64,000 nt of DNA. It comes from Eledone cirrhosa (lineage: Eukaryota). The DNA lies in contig OZ024740.1 of assembly GCA_964016885.1 (NCBI GenBank), positions 327,112,001 through 327,176,000 of the forward strand. Reading direction: 5' to 3'. Shown here piece after piece: positions 1-13,549 of the stretch. Numbering within the stretch: position 1 is the first letter of the stretch; every line of letters begins with the position of its first letter. The notes beneath the pieces are model-generated. The model worked only from the letters and a program-made list of their open reading frames with translations. It searched no databases and was not told the DNA's origin. A program made the position numbers and the translations under genes.

Positions 1-101
1 ATATATATATATATATATATATATATTTCTTCATTGTACTGTGTCGTTTGTTATTTCTGTTCACTTTTTGCACACACACACACCCATATACACACATATA
101 T

Positions 102-322
<221 letters not shown>

Positions 323-323
323 C

Positions 324-354
<31 letters not shown>

Positions 355-508
355 TATATATACATATATATATACATATATATATATACATATATATATG
401 TATATATATACATATATATATACATATATATATGTATATATATATATACATATATATATATACATATATATATGTATATATATACATATATCTATACATA
501 TATATATG

Positions 509-610
<102 letters not shown>

Positions 611-901
611 CATATATATATGTATATATATATGTATATATATATGTATATATATATATGTATACATATATATATATATATATATATATTTCGTTTCTGA
701 ATTTGTTTAGCAAGATTCTTTATCTGAAATCGTGTGTTGAAACCGATATTGTTATACTTTGGGAGGGTCATGTTGCCAATAAGAAACACACGCACCAGTT
801 GCTTTCACTTCAATTTATTATAATAAATTTATAATAAGTTTATAAATTTATAAATTTCTGGTTGGTTGGTTGGTTCCACAACCAGATAGTTGTTTATATA
901 T

Positions 902-945
902 AGTCATAGTTCTTTCGTCACACACTCTGTGACCTCTTCAGTGAC
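902..945 (-). ncRNA. Type I hammerhead ribozyme motif (family A, left arm)
   Basis: Minus strand GTCA-CTGAAGA-G-GTCACA..TGTGAC-GAAA-G-AA-CTA-TGAC; stems I and II pair, CUA triplet. Confidence 0.75.
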
Positions 946-969
946 ACAGAAACAAAGAAAGGAATCCCC

Positions 970-1014
970 AGTCACTGAAGAGGTCACAGAGTGTGTGACG
1001 AAAGAACTATGACT
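970..1014 (+). ncRNA. Type I hammerhead ribozyme motif (family A, right arm)
   Basis: AGTCA-CTGAAGA-G-GTCACA-GAGTG-TGTGAC-GAAA-G-AA-CTA-TGACT; stem I AGTCA/TGACT, minimal stem III. Confidence 0.8.
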
Positions 1015-1162
1015 ATATATAAACAACTATCTGGTTGTGGAACCAACCAACCAACCAGAAATTTATAAATTTATAAACTTATTATAAATTTATTATAATA
1101 AATTGAAGTCAAAGTTACTGGTGCGTGTGTTTCTTATTGGCAACATGACCCTCCCAAAGTAT

Positions 1163-1238
<76 letters not shown>

Positions 1239-1370
1239 ATATATATGTGTGTATATGGGTGTGTGTGTGTGCAAAAAGTGAACAGAAATAACAAACGACA
1301 CAGTACAATGAAGATATATAGATATATATATATATATATATACACATACAAATATATATGTATACATACA

Positions 1371-1461
<91 letters not shown>

Positions 1462-1606
1462 CATGATAAAAAGCGCTTAATGATTTAGACATATTTTCCT
1501 CTTAAAGCTGGTGGTAGAATGGCGACAAATCATACTGTAAATATAAATACTGGACTTCTACAGTATGATGTTGATCTATATCATTTCGTTTGTATCCACA
1601 ACGATC

Positions 1607-1679
<73 letters not shown>

Positions 1680-1787
1680 ATATCTCTATATTTATATATT
1701 GTACATGTGTGTGTGTATTTTTATATATGTATGCGTATATATATGTATATATATATATATACACACACACACACATATATATATATA

Positions 1788-2370
1788 TTTCGTTTCTGAA
1801 TTTGTTTAGCAAGATTCTTTATCTGAAAACGTGTGTTGAAACCGATATTGTTATACTTTAGGAGGGTCATGTTGCCAATAAGAAACACACGCACCAGTTG
1901 CTTTCACTTCAATTTATTATAATAAATTTATAAATTTAGGAATTTATAAATTTCCGGTTGGTTGGTTGGTTCCACAGCCAGATGGTTGTTTATATATTGT
2001 CAAAGTTCTTTCGTCACACATTCTGTGACCTCTTCAGTGACTGGGGATTCTTTTCTTTGTTTTTTGTGCCTTTGCTTTGTTCTGTCCTACGCCATCTTGT
2101 TTGACATACACAAAAACAAGATGGCGTAGGACAGAACAAAGGAGAGGCACAAAAAACAAAGAAAAGAATCCCCAGTCACTGAAGAGGTCACATAATGTGT
2201 GACGAAAGAACTTTGACAATATATAAACAACCATCTGGTTGTGGAACCAACCAACCAACCGGAAATTTATAAATTCCTAAATTTATAAATTTATTATAAT
2301 AAATTGAAGTGAAAGCGACTGGTGCGTGTGTTTCTTATTGGCAACATGACCCTCCCAAAGTATAACAATA
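1788..2370. repeat. Second family A palindrome with hammerheads at 1999-2041 (-) and 2175-2217 (+)
   Basis: Same sequence family as 688-1170; inverted arms; both cores CTGAAGA..GAAA with CUU triplet. Confidence 0.85.
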
Positions 2371-2701
2371 TATATATATATATATATACCTGCACATGCG
2401 CACACATATATATATATATAATCTTAATAATTATTTTATATCTTTGTCATAAGGCCCTTACATCTTTATAAAAAGTGTTACAGGATGTGTCTGGATGTAA
2501 ACATACATACACACCACCATACAGCTACAGAAATACAAACAAAAATTAAAGCTTGAAAAGCCACCCGGCCTGGACTTTCACTTGCCGAGTTCCTAAGTTA
2601 TATGAAATTTGAGGCCTTTCTCTAAAGAGTTCGGGTAAATAATTTAGAATGGTTATACATATATATATATTTTTTAATTAATAATTACACCTATATATAT
2701 A

Positions 2702-2900
2702 TAGGAACGAGTAGGAGCCCGACGGCTGAGCTCAAGCCGTTTCGACGGTTAATTCTGTACGTCCAGAATTAGCCGTCGAAACGGCTTGAGCTCAGCCGTC
2801 GGGGTCCTACTCGTTCCTATTACCCACTCTACTACCCTAAGTATTGAGTTCTTTGGTGCGTTATGGTCCACCTGGTTCCTTATCACATTTCCTTCGTTAT
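2702..2900. repeat. Palindromic short element (family B); relatives at 24921-25120, 62482-62748, 62790-62947, 33856-33915, and diverged at 8165-8400
   Basis: Inverted arms CCCGACGGCTGAGCTC..GTTTCGAC / GTCGAAAC..GAGCTCAGCCGTCGGG; shared tail ..GGTGCGTTATGGTCCACCTGGTTCC..; most copies flanked by (TA)n. Confidence 0.8.
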
Positions 2901-2950
2901 ATATATATATATGGACAATGTTTTCCCTATGACCTCGGTAACTATATATA

Positions 2951-2985
<35 letters not shown>

Positions 2986-3101
2986 CTATATATATATATA
3001 TATGTGTCTAATGGTAACTAAGATGCTTCCATAGGCGGTATGCCGGGTCGAGCACTTTATGCTCCTACGGAGCAGAGTATGATAGACCGAAATCAATAGA
3101 C

Positions 3102-3189
3102 GTGTCCGAGGAACCTGCGAGTCTAGAGTCAGGTCGATCCACACAAAGATCGCACCTCGAGCTGTTCGCCGGGGAAACAATTGTAACAC
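3102..3189 (+). ncRNA. Variant hammerhead-like motif (CCGAGGA core, long stem II)
   Basis: GTGT-CCGAGGA-[61 nt hairpin]-GAAAC-AATT-GTA-ACAC followed by AATAAA; homologue at 22730-22824. Confidence 0.6.
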
Positions 3190-3232
3190 ACAATAAATTG
3201 AGTTTCGATGCATCACTGATTTTTCGTTTTTC

Positions 3233-3311
<79 letters not shown>

Positions 3312-3345
3312 TAAGATCAAAAGATGGTTAAAGGAGTTCCATGTA

Positions 3346-3412
3346 TTTTATTATGCGCATTTCAAAAACAAACATCATCATGCAATAATATTTGTGTTTT
3401 CATCAGATAAAA
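3346..3412 (-). ncRNA. Type I hammerhead motif at the 3' end of a pLTR-like segment (~3310-4200)
   Basis: TTTTAT-CTGATGA-stem II-GAAA-T-GCGC-ATA-ATAAAA; palindromic stem III loop. Confidence 0.75.
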
Positions 3413-4210
3413 CAGGAGGACATGATATGAAGGCTAAAAAACACTTGTGGATAGTGCAGTTTTAAATCAACATATGAGAAGTAGTTTTAGATTGATGTGT
3501 GATATTGGGAAAAATATTTTATTTAGAGAGGGGGGGTGGAAAGGATGAAAAAAAAAGGGGGGAGATGAGAGTGAAGGTGGAGAGGGAGAGATGGGTGATA
3601 GAGAGAGAGAGATAGTTTTTATAACTGAGAAAGATATATTGTTTTACATAGAGAGGTTGAAAACCGTTGGAAGATAATGTATAAATTAAAAGAATTTGAA
3701 AATTAACGAAGGGAAAAATATGTACGAAGAAGGAGAGGGAGTTAATATGTATTGAGATTAAAAAGTTTGATGATAGAGAGAAAAGAATAATGAATTGCGG
3801 ATGAATATTCTAACGTCAAAAAAATGTGTGTATGTTTACAAGTATTATGGAAATTTGAAAATTAACGAAGAGAAAAAAATATTATTAAGGTTTGTGTATT
3901 GAAGGATTTGAGAAAAATAATGTGAAGTTAAGGTTTGTATATTGAAGGAATTGATAATATGTGCGAAGAAAGAGTTAATATGTATTAAGAATGAGTTAGA
4001 TGATGGGGAGAAAAAAATAATGAATTAAGGATGAATAATCTGGCGTCAAAACAAATGTATATGTTACGAAGGATTTTACAAGGTGAAAATAGAGTAAGGG
4101 TAATGAGTAAACAAGTATTGTAGAGTGTATAATACCCTTTGAAATAAGGTAGGAAGATATCTTATCCGATATCTGCATTGCTTTATTGTACTACAATAAA
4201 ACTCACCTCC

Positions 4211-4327
<117 letters not shown>

Positions 4328-4373
4328 ATATATATATATATATATAATATATATATATATATATAATATATAT

Positions 4374-4733
<360 letters not shown>

Positions 4734-4764
4734 TAATAACTTGTGTGTTACACCTCTATTCTTT

Positions 4765-4818
<54 letters not shown>

Positions 4819-5101
4819 ATTTAATAATTTAGGGTTAAATAATAAAAACTAATAATAAAATGAATATATATTTTGAAAATGATGCTCCCGAGAATGTGTG
4901 ATCCGAAGGCTCTAGCTTATTTAGCTTACAGGTAAGTCCAAAACTCAAAACTACCCGCTAGGTTAGATCGGTGTACTACACGGCCTCGACTCCCTTCTGT
5001 TAATTCCGAAAGCGCCTGTGACTATGTTAGTAAAGCAGGGAATCTTTTGAGTTTTCTTTAAAAATCAATTTTAGCTGTTCGTAAGTCTGTATCATTGTAA
5101 T

Positions 5102-5817
5102 TATGAATATGCAATCTTTTCATTATTCCTTGATATTAAACCTCAGCGTTTCATTTAACATATGTTTATTTCCATCTTCCTTCATTTTGTTCGGCAGATC
5201 CAGCAGTAAGTTATTGGTGATTCGGAAGACGTTGATTCTCGTGGATATTTTGTCTTCGGTCTGTAGTCTTTTTCTCTTCTTTTACTTTTGCTGTTACCGA
5301 CAATTTGCCATTCCGGTAGATGGAGATCCTTCGGTTTCTTATGCTCTGCTTGGTCGTCAGCTTCTAGGACTGAAGACGAGGCGATTCCTCCGAGTTACGA
5401 TGAATGGTTCTCTAGAAACAATAGTATGTACGGCCAGATTTTATTTTGGATACCTCTACTGTTGTCAACGACTAACTCTCTTCCACTACGTTTCAATCTT
5501 TTTAGTAGAAACCGCTCCAGAAGATCTTATTCTCACATGAATAGCAATTACTCATTCTGTCGTATACCACCAGCCAGGCTGCTGTCCGTTCTCCGTGCAC
5601 AATGAGGTACAGCACAGGGATTGTCTTCCCATCCACACTTACACACAAATATACACTCATGCATATTAAGAAAAACAGGAGAAACTCCTGAGTAACCAGA
5701 CTAAAGCTTGTTATTAGGTACTCATTCTCGCGACCGTTATTACAAAACGCAGATATATATGTCTATATATATATTGAAAGAAATAGTAACTTTGTAACAC
5801 ACATATATATATATATC

Positions 5818-5858
<41 letters not shown>

Positions 5859-6232
5859 TTAGTCGTTGACAACAGTAGAGGTATCCACAATAAAATCTGG
5901 CCGTACATACTATTGTTTCTAGAGAACCATTCATCGTAACTCGGAGGAATCGCCTCGTCTTCAGTCCTAGAAGCTGACAACCAAGCAGAGCATAAGAAAC
6001 CGAAGGATCTCCATCTACCGGAATGGCAAATTGTCGGTAACAGCAAAAGTAAAAGACGAGAAAAAGACTACAGACCGAAGACAAAATATCCACAAGAATC
6101 AACGTCTTCCGAATCACCAATAACTTACTGCTGGATCTGCCGAACAAAATGAAGGAAGATGGAAATAAACATATGTTAAATGAAACGCTGAGGTTTAATA
6201 TCAAAGAATAATGAAAAGATTGCATATTCATA
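5102..6232. repeat. ~380 bp inverted duplication with ~375 bp spacer
   Basis: 5102-5480 vs 5853-6232 nearly identical; mirrored ORFs appear in the track. Confidence 0.9.
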
Positions 6233-6315
6233 TCAAAGGTACATATTGAGTTAGAAATTCAAAATAGTCACTTACAATTAAATAGCTCAAGGAAAAAAAA
6301 AGTTCCGGGCCGTGT

Positions 6316-6470
6316 AATATAATTGAATATAAAAGAGGGATAAACACAGATATATGTGTTCATATCGTAAGGGACCAGGTTCGCTAGGTTGAAAAAAAAT
6401 CTTGTCCCTTACGATTTGAACACATATATGTATGTATATTTGTTTATCTCTCTTTTATATTCAATTATAT
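6316..6470. repeat. Short inverted repeat
   Basis: ATATAATTGAATATAAAAGAG..TCGTAAGGGAC / GTCCCTTACGA..CTCTTTTATATTCAATTATAT. Confidence 0.75.
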
Positions 6471-7601
6471 ATATAAATATAAATTAGCGAGAATCGTATT
6501 TCGGCTTAGGAATTAACGAAAAACAACTTCCGAGATGTGTGGCAAGCGCTCAATGATTCAGATGAACCAGAACTACAACATACGTTAAAGGCCAAACACA
6601 CTGAGGCGATGGTTAAACAATCATCCGCACAACCATAAAAACGACCAAGTAATTCGGGTCAAACAAATAAAAATATATGTGATTGAAAAAATTTACCTGG
6701 ACCCCTGGATGGTTGGTAAAATCCAGCATTTGGGTTTCTGCGACTCCTATATATATATATATATATATATATATACGTGTGTATATTTATATATACTCAT
6801 TAAAAACAACAGAAGGCCCGATAGGAGAATGTTTAAAATTTTAATTCCACTAAAACAAAATACATACTTCAATGCCTCAGCTTCGTCATCAGATCATGAC
6901 GCCAGACTGAGTGCAGAACTAGTTATACAATATCACAGGATTGCAGTGAATACAACATAGAATAGAAAATAGAGGTCAGATTTGATTCGGGGCTGGTCCG
7001 CCAATTCAGTGTCATTGTAACGGCAAACCATCCCCGAATGTCGCTGAAGCATAAATGCTATTTCCATTCCGCCCTTTTATTTTTAATGAGAATTTAACTC
7101 CGTTTCTGCACTAACGCCGAGTGCTTTAATTAATTGCATCATCGTATGCTAAACGGAAACAACATTGGTAAACTACGTAACATAAATGGTGTATATATAT
7201 ATATATATATATGTGTGTATGTGTGTGTGTGTCTGTGTGTGTGAATGTATGTATATATATATATATATATACACAAAAGTCCTCAAATACTCCTTCCAAC
7301 GGATCATGTCAGAAGATTATATATATGTATGTATATATATCTGCGTGTGTGTCTATGCGTATGTCAGTGGGTGTGTCTCACCGTGTGCGAATGTTAGTTC
7401 TTTATGCCATAACCTAGAAAAACATTCCTTTGAGATATCCTGGCCAAATTTAGTTTCATCTTTAAAACGCATCATCAACAGGCGATCCGTAAACATGTGT
7501 AGAGAACAATATTATTCGCTATATATTATTCTGCAATATATATAATTCAAACATACTCATACTTGAAGGAGATTCAATTCTATGTGCATACATAAAAACA
7601 A

Positions 7602-7686
<85 letters not shown>

Positions 7687-7753
7687 CGTGTTGGACAAGA
7701 TCCCGTTAAGGGTGAAAGCAGTGATTCTTTGCTTGAACTTTAATCTGTTATTT

Positions 7754-7827
<74 letters not shown>

Positions 7828-7840
7828 GTATATATTTATA

Positions 7841-7980
7841 TGTGGGTCGGCTGAAAGGTTCGTAGGCTTAATTTTTACTTATCAACAACTGCATTGTTTC
7901 TTTCTAGGGACTATGTTGAAAAGTAAAACCTCATTGTATGACAATATCTTGGTCAGTCTGAACTTTTCAGCTGACCCTCA
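7841..7980. mobile_element. Tc1/mariner-type MITE (second copy ~23938-24136)
   Basis: TIRs TGTGGGTCGGCTGAAAGGTTC / GAACTTTTCAGCTGACCCTCA flanked by TA; shared internal sequence. Confidence 0.7.
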
Positions 7981-8038
7981 TATATATATATATACACAAT
8001 ATATTAACAAATGGAAACTATATTTATAAAACCATATT

Positions 8039-8104
8039 TATTTTATTATACATATTTCAAAGGCCACTAAGGCAAATTATGGTGCGCTTTCATCAGATAA
8101 AATA
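8039..8104 (-). ncRNA. Type I hammerhead motif
   Basis: TATTTTAT-CTGATGA-stem II-GAAA-T-ATGT-ATA-ATAAAATA; 8 bp stem I. Confidence 0.7.
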
Positions 8105-8418
8105 CAATACAGATTAGTTTTATAAATAAATATTGACATACCCTGAAAAAAGACATATATATACGGGTCGGGACTCAGTCTGGAACTAACTGTTGAAACG
8201 GCAACAACTCAGCCGCCGGGTCCCATCTCTTTATAATATACCCATTCTCTACTACCAAAACTGTCTAGTACTCTGTTGAGTAATGATCTAACCAGTTTCA
8301 AACTCGTTCTATCCTGATTTATATATTTATATATATAAATCTGAGCCTGGAATTACCTGTTGAATCAGCAAGAGCTCAGCCGCCAGGTCAGGTCCTGATT
8401 TTTTATAATATATATATA

Positions 8419-8497
<79 letters not shown>

Positions 8498-8694
8498 TAC
8501 AAACGGTGTTTTTTTCCATTTCAGGTAGACGTGCTCCATCATCGACTTTTCTAAAAAATAAATCATACACAAAACGCCAGCACCAACAGTTTTGCAAGAG
8601 ATGTCAACACGAATGGACCTGTTATTTTTATCTAAAGGCATTTTTTCCAATTCCTTCCCACCCATCCCCTCAATCTATTTTATTTCTCATTCTT

Positions 8695-8730
8695 TCTTCT
8701 GATGAAGGACTAGCGTACGAAACGTCAAGA
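8695..8730 (+). ncRNA. Minimal hammerhead (family C) in repeat 8560-8810
   Basis: TCTT-CTGATGA-AGGACTAGCGTAC-GAAAC-GTC-AAGA; loopless stem III typical of minimal Penelope-associated motifs. Confidence 0.7.
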
Positions 8731-8805
8731 ACCTCTTCCTGCTATATCAAGCGTTAACCTAATATATACCTTCCATATACTGTACCGATTGTCTTGTTAT
8801 TTCTG

Positions 8806-8895
<90 letters not shown>

Positions 8896-9235
8896 ATAAT
8901 AATAAAATTGAAGACTAAAATCCAAAGAGGGCTTGATAAGGAAAATATATATCAAATATATAAAAACCGTAGAGCAAATATTTATTAAAATAACAGGAAG
9001 ACGATATTAATGACGTATTATTAATGACGAAATTAATGACGTATTATTCGTTTTTTCCCGTTCTTTGCCAGCGAACGTTACCACGAACCAAAGTATCGTC
9101 TTCCTGTCTTCCTCCGGTTGCAACATTTTTTGAAATATCCAGTTCTGCGTTTACAGATTGACTTTGTTAGTTTCAGAAGATCCCGTTAAGGGTGAAAGCA
9201 GCGATTCTTTGCTTAAACTTTAATCTGTTATTTTA

Positions 9236-9374
<139 letters not shown>

Positions 9375-9464
9375 AATATATATACATATATATTTATATG
9401 TATGTGTGTGTATATATATATATGTATATATATATGTATGTGTGTATGTATGTATGTATGTATG

Positions 9465-10060
9465 TCAGGTTACCAGTTGGTGCTACTGGTAACATGTATC
9501 CCAGTACAACCTGTCTCATGGTCGAGTCGTTGGCGACTAAACTGGCAACCCCACCAAGGTTTCTTGGTGAGGAGGGTGACTTTGGACATCCTGCAGGACT
9601 AAAAACAAAACCTGTCAAAGGGCAAAGGAGCTCTTAAGAGTCAATGGCCATCCAAAATCACCGGGAGAGATGACCCCTTAGCCTTTGTCAAGGAGAAGGA
9701 AAACTCTGATATAACACCTGCAACCCTGATGGTATCCAATGATGTTGACTTGTTCTTCTTTTTGGTAAATATCATCTTGGTTAAGAGAGTGGGACTGGCT
9801 TTGTGCAGTGCCTTTGCTCACTATAAAAGCTTCACGGCACAGGCATTGCTTTATATCTGGAGATCTCTCTGCACTTGTCATCACATCGTACCATGGCCCC
9901 GCACTGTGTCAATAATTGTCACAAGTGTAGCGTTTGTACCTACCAGAGTTTTCAAGTCGCTGGCTGGACTAAAAATTCACACTTGTTCAGCGCATCGGTA
10001 GTGGTTCTCCTACATGGATATAAAGTAGTGGCCGTACTCGAAAACGAGCTGGCAGCCATC
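9465..10060 (+). mobile_element. ~600 bp non-coding element resembling an RTE 5' UTR, within (TATG)n
   Basis: GC-richer island bounded by (TATG)n on both sides; several hairpins; GGAGAAGGAAAACTCTGA resembles RTE-type leaders (from recall). Confidence 0.4.
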
Positions 10061-10444
10061 ATGTATGTATGTATGTATGTATGTATGGATGTATGTATGT
10101 ATGTATGTATGTATGTATGTATGTATGTATGTATGTATGTATGTATGTATGTATGTATATAAATATAATATATATACACACATATATATGTATGTATGTA
10201 GAATTGGATCGCCTTCAAGTTTGAGTATATTTCAATGGTATAAATTGTAGAATCACATATAACGAATAGTATTGTCCTCTCCACATGTTTACCGATTGCC
10301 TGCTGATGAAACCAAATTTCGTACAAATATTTTTCTACATTATGTCATAAAAAGCTAACATATACGTATAGATATTTATACACATCATACATACATACAT
10401 ATATACATACAGATAGAAATACATTATATATATATACACACACG

Positions 10445-10498
<54 letters not shown>

Positions 10499-10757
10499 GT
10501 ATGGGTATAAATTCATGGTACCCATGTACGTGTGTTGTATTGAGGCAAATAACTTTGAGTCTACTTTGGGATTTTTACATAACCCTGAGTACGTTGAGAT
10601 GCAACCTGTACTAGTAAGGAAACCTTATGTTAGTCCCGAACAACACAAATTATAACTACTCCATTACCAAAGGTTTCTGGATCCCAGACAATATTAATAT
10701 ACGTCTGATGACCAATATATTTATATATATATATACACACACACACACGCACACACT

Positions 10758-10834
<77 letters not shown>

Positions 10835-10959
10835 AGCTGTTCTCATAAATGGAATTGGAGATATACAGAAGCGTGGAGAACTTAATATTGTTAACAAAAA
10901 TTTTATTGGACCGTTTGACACAACCAATAATACACCTTACTATATATATATATAGTAAG

Positions 10960-11050
<91 letters not shown>

Positions 11051-11507
11051 GTTAGATAATGTTTTAAAAATGCTGGCGGGAGGTTGTTCTATCTATCGTA
11101 TTCAAAATTTCTCTATAAGTGTGTTACTGCGTATGGCAATTTGTACATATTCTGTAACAGGTCGATTATATCGATTCTAGTGCTTTGCATGGTGTATATT
11201 TGTCTGTGGGAAGAAAGGCAAATATGAACGAGTCGCAAAGTTATGTAACCGGGATAAAAATTATCACCATGGTACTTTTCACCGATGATGCATCCCTCTC
11301 TTTCAGTCTCTCTTTATGTCTCTCTCTCCCTTTCTCTCCCTCCCCTTCTCCCACCTCTCCCCCTCTCCCCCTCTCTCTCTCTCATTACACATACACACAC
11401 ATGTAAAAACTATGTAAAAAGTAAAAAGTAAACAGAAATAATTTAGCAAACGACTCAGTACAATGTAGAAATATATTAGTTTAACGCTAGAAAGAATAGA
11501 AAAAGAT

Positions 11508-11543
11508 TCTTAACGTTTCGGACGCTAGTCTATCATCAGAAGA
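11508..11543 (-). ncRNA. Minimal hammerhead (family C)
   Basis: TCTT-CTGATGA-TAGACTAGCGTCC-GAAAC-GTT-AAGA. Confidence 0.7.
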
Positions 11544-13429
11544 TAGAATGAGAATTACAAGATGAAATAGAATGAGGATAAACGGATAAACGGATAAACA
11601 TTGAGAAAAAAACATACGTGACTATTCTGTATGGAGTTGGATTCTTCATAGAGACCGCTGGCCAATTCTGTCTGTCTATAAGGGTTCTTTACCCGATTTT
11701 CTAAGCTATTTAAATATACATACATACTTACATACACACACAGGCACACACGCATGTATATGTATGTGTGTATGTATGTTCTTCTGGTTTTATAATTTCA
11801 CAAATTGTTTCCCAATAGAGAGAGGGTCGGTTTCTAACATAGACACAAGACTCTCTCATTGGAATTTACACATCAACTAGGTAGATTATGTATGCATGCA
11901 TGTGTAGATATGGATGTTATTGTATGTGTGGATGTGTATGTTTTGAGTTGTATGTGTGCATGTGTATATGCTTTGTATCTGTACATGTGTATATGCAGTT
12001 ATTAGATGCAACATTTTTGGAATGTTTTACATATTTTTACTGTACTTGTATGTATGTATGTATGTATGTATGTATGTATTCATATAAATATCTGTATGAG
12101 ACGCCAGATACTACGATCTCAAAGTTTCCTATTTCATACAAACTCTTCCGTGGAGAACGAGAGACATTTATAATCATACATACCTATTTTAATTCAATAG
12201 TTAGCTCCTTTCGTTACGAAGTAGAATGCTTTGTAATATAGCTATTCATTTACATTTATTATCTGAGAGATGTATGTATATAAATGTATATAATGCATAT
12301 TTTGTTAGAGCTATTACCTCTTTCGCTTCTTGAACGGAAATCAAATTACAACAAGTTACTATAAATTCGACAATGTTTCGTTGATGAACTCAGATTAAGA
12401 CGAAAACATTTTTAAGAGTTTTCTTCAAGACTTGTTGAAAAATGATAATTATATTAGTCATTAGTTTATATTGGTTTATTTTCACTGCATATTTATTTAT
12501 AGTTAACTCTTTAAAACTCCATACATTATATACATCAACTCTAACTTATTAAATTTGTATGCAGACAACCTTTCTGTATATTTCAATTTTATTTTTAAAC
12601 AATTCTATTTTCCAACTCCAAGACTCCAAATATTATATAACTTACTAACGTTTTTTTAAAAGAGAATTATTACTTCGACATATCTGGTATAGATTATGTT
12701 TCACCTCATAGTTATTTATAACCAGTTTTTCTTTTATATTAACTTATCTAATGCAAAAGTATATGTTGATATTTTGGCTGTGATGAAAAGTCATGCGTTA
12801 TCATGTTCGGATTTGCTGTGTAAGACTATAAAATTTGTATTACGAGGCATTTGGCAATCAGACCTTCCAGACTGGGTTATTTAAATTGACTAAATTACCT
12901 AAATACAAAACTAAACATTACAATACAAATGGCACACATATGATATTGATTACAAGATTAGAGATCAGATTATGATTGTTTGTGTTGTGGAAGCAGTTGG
13001 TTAAATCGATCTAGTACTCAACTACTACTTATTTTCTTGATCGGTCGGAAGGATGACCATTAAATTCAACTTCAGTGTAATTCAAACCAAGAATGTGAAG
13101 AAGTGAGTGATAAATGAAAGATAAAAGAACCGAAACGTGTTAGGAGGATGGGTAAACAGGAAATTTTGACTCTCTTAGTTTTTATCCTCAAAAGACATTA
13201 ACTGTTGTCATCAACAAGACTAAATTATAATTAATGATTATAATCACGAATCAACACTGAGTTGTTTAAGATAATAATTGCACCGATAACTATAAGATAC
13301 ACATCATAAAGCCCCAGGAATTCATTAAATTCATTTACTCTTCACTCCTCTTGCCTTTCTTATTTAATTTAACCCTTTCACTAACATACTAAACAATTGT
13401 AACAAGCCTTCCTCTCCAGATCTACATAC

Positions 13430-13549
13430 CCCCGAAACTCCTTCCCTGTCGATAGCCACAAGACAGTGACAATTGAAGATGAACATCAACCACATCGATA
13501 CCGCCAGTTTGGAAAGGCTTGTTATGTCATGAACACTGTTAAATCTCAC
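13430..13549 (-). CDS. Candidate internal exon of host gene (VRFNSVHDITSLSKLAVSMWLMFIFNCHCLVAIDREGVSG)
   Basis: 120 nt, phase 0-0, only one frame open; acceptor TTTAGACAG with upstream GCTAAT, donor GGG/GTATGT; unique-looking sequence; hydrophobic stretch. Confidence 0.35.

Noticed and set aside
5370-5400. CTGAAGA plus hairpin as a hammerhead
   Set aside because: No GAAA or stem I partner follows
5103-5605. 145 aa and 105 aa ORFs duplicated on the other strand
   Set aside because: By-product of the inverted duplication; no recognisable domain
6855-6900. Minus-strand CTGATGA..GAAG motif
   Set aside because: Core and stem I are degenerate; probably a dead hammerhead, not counted
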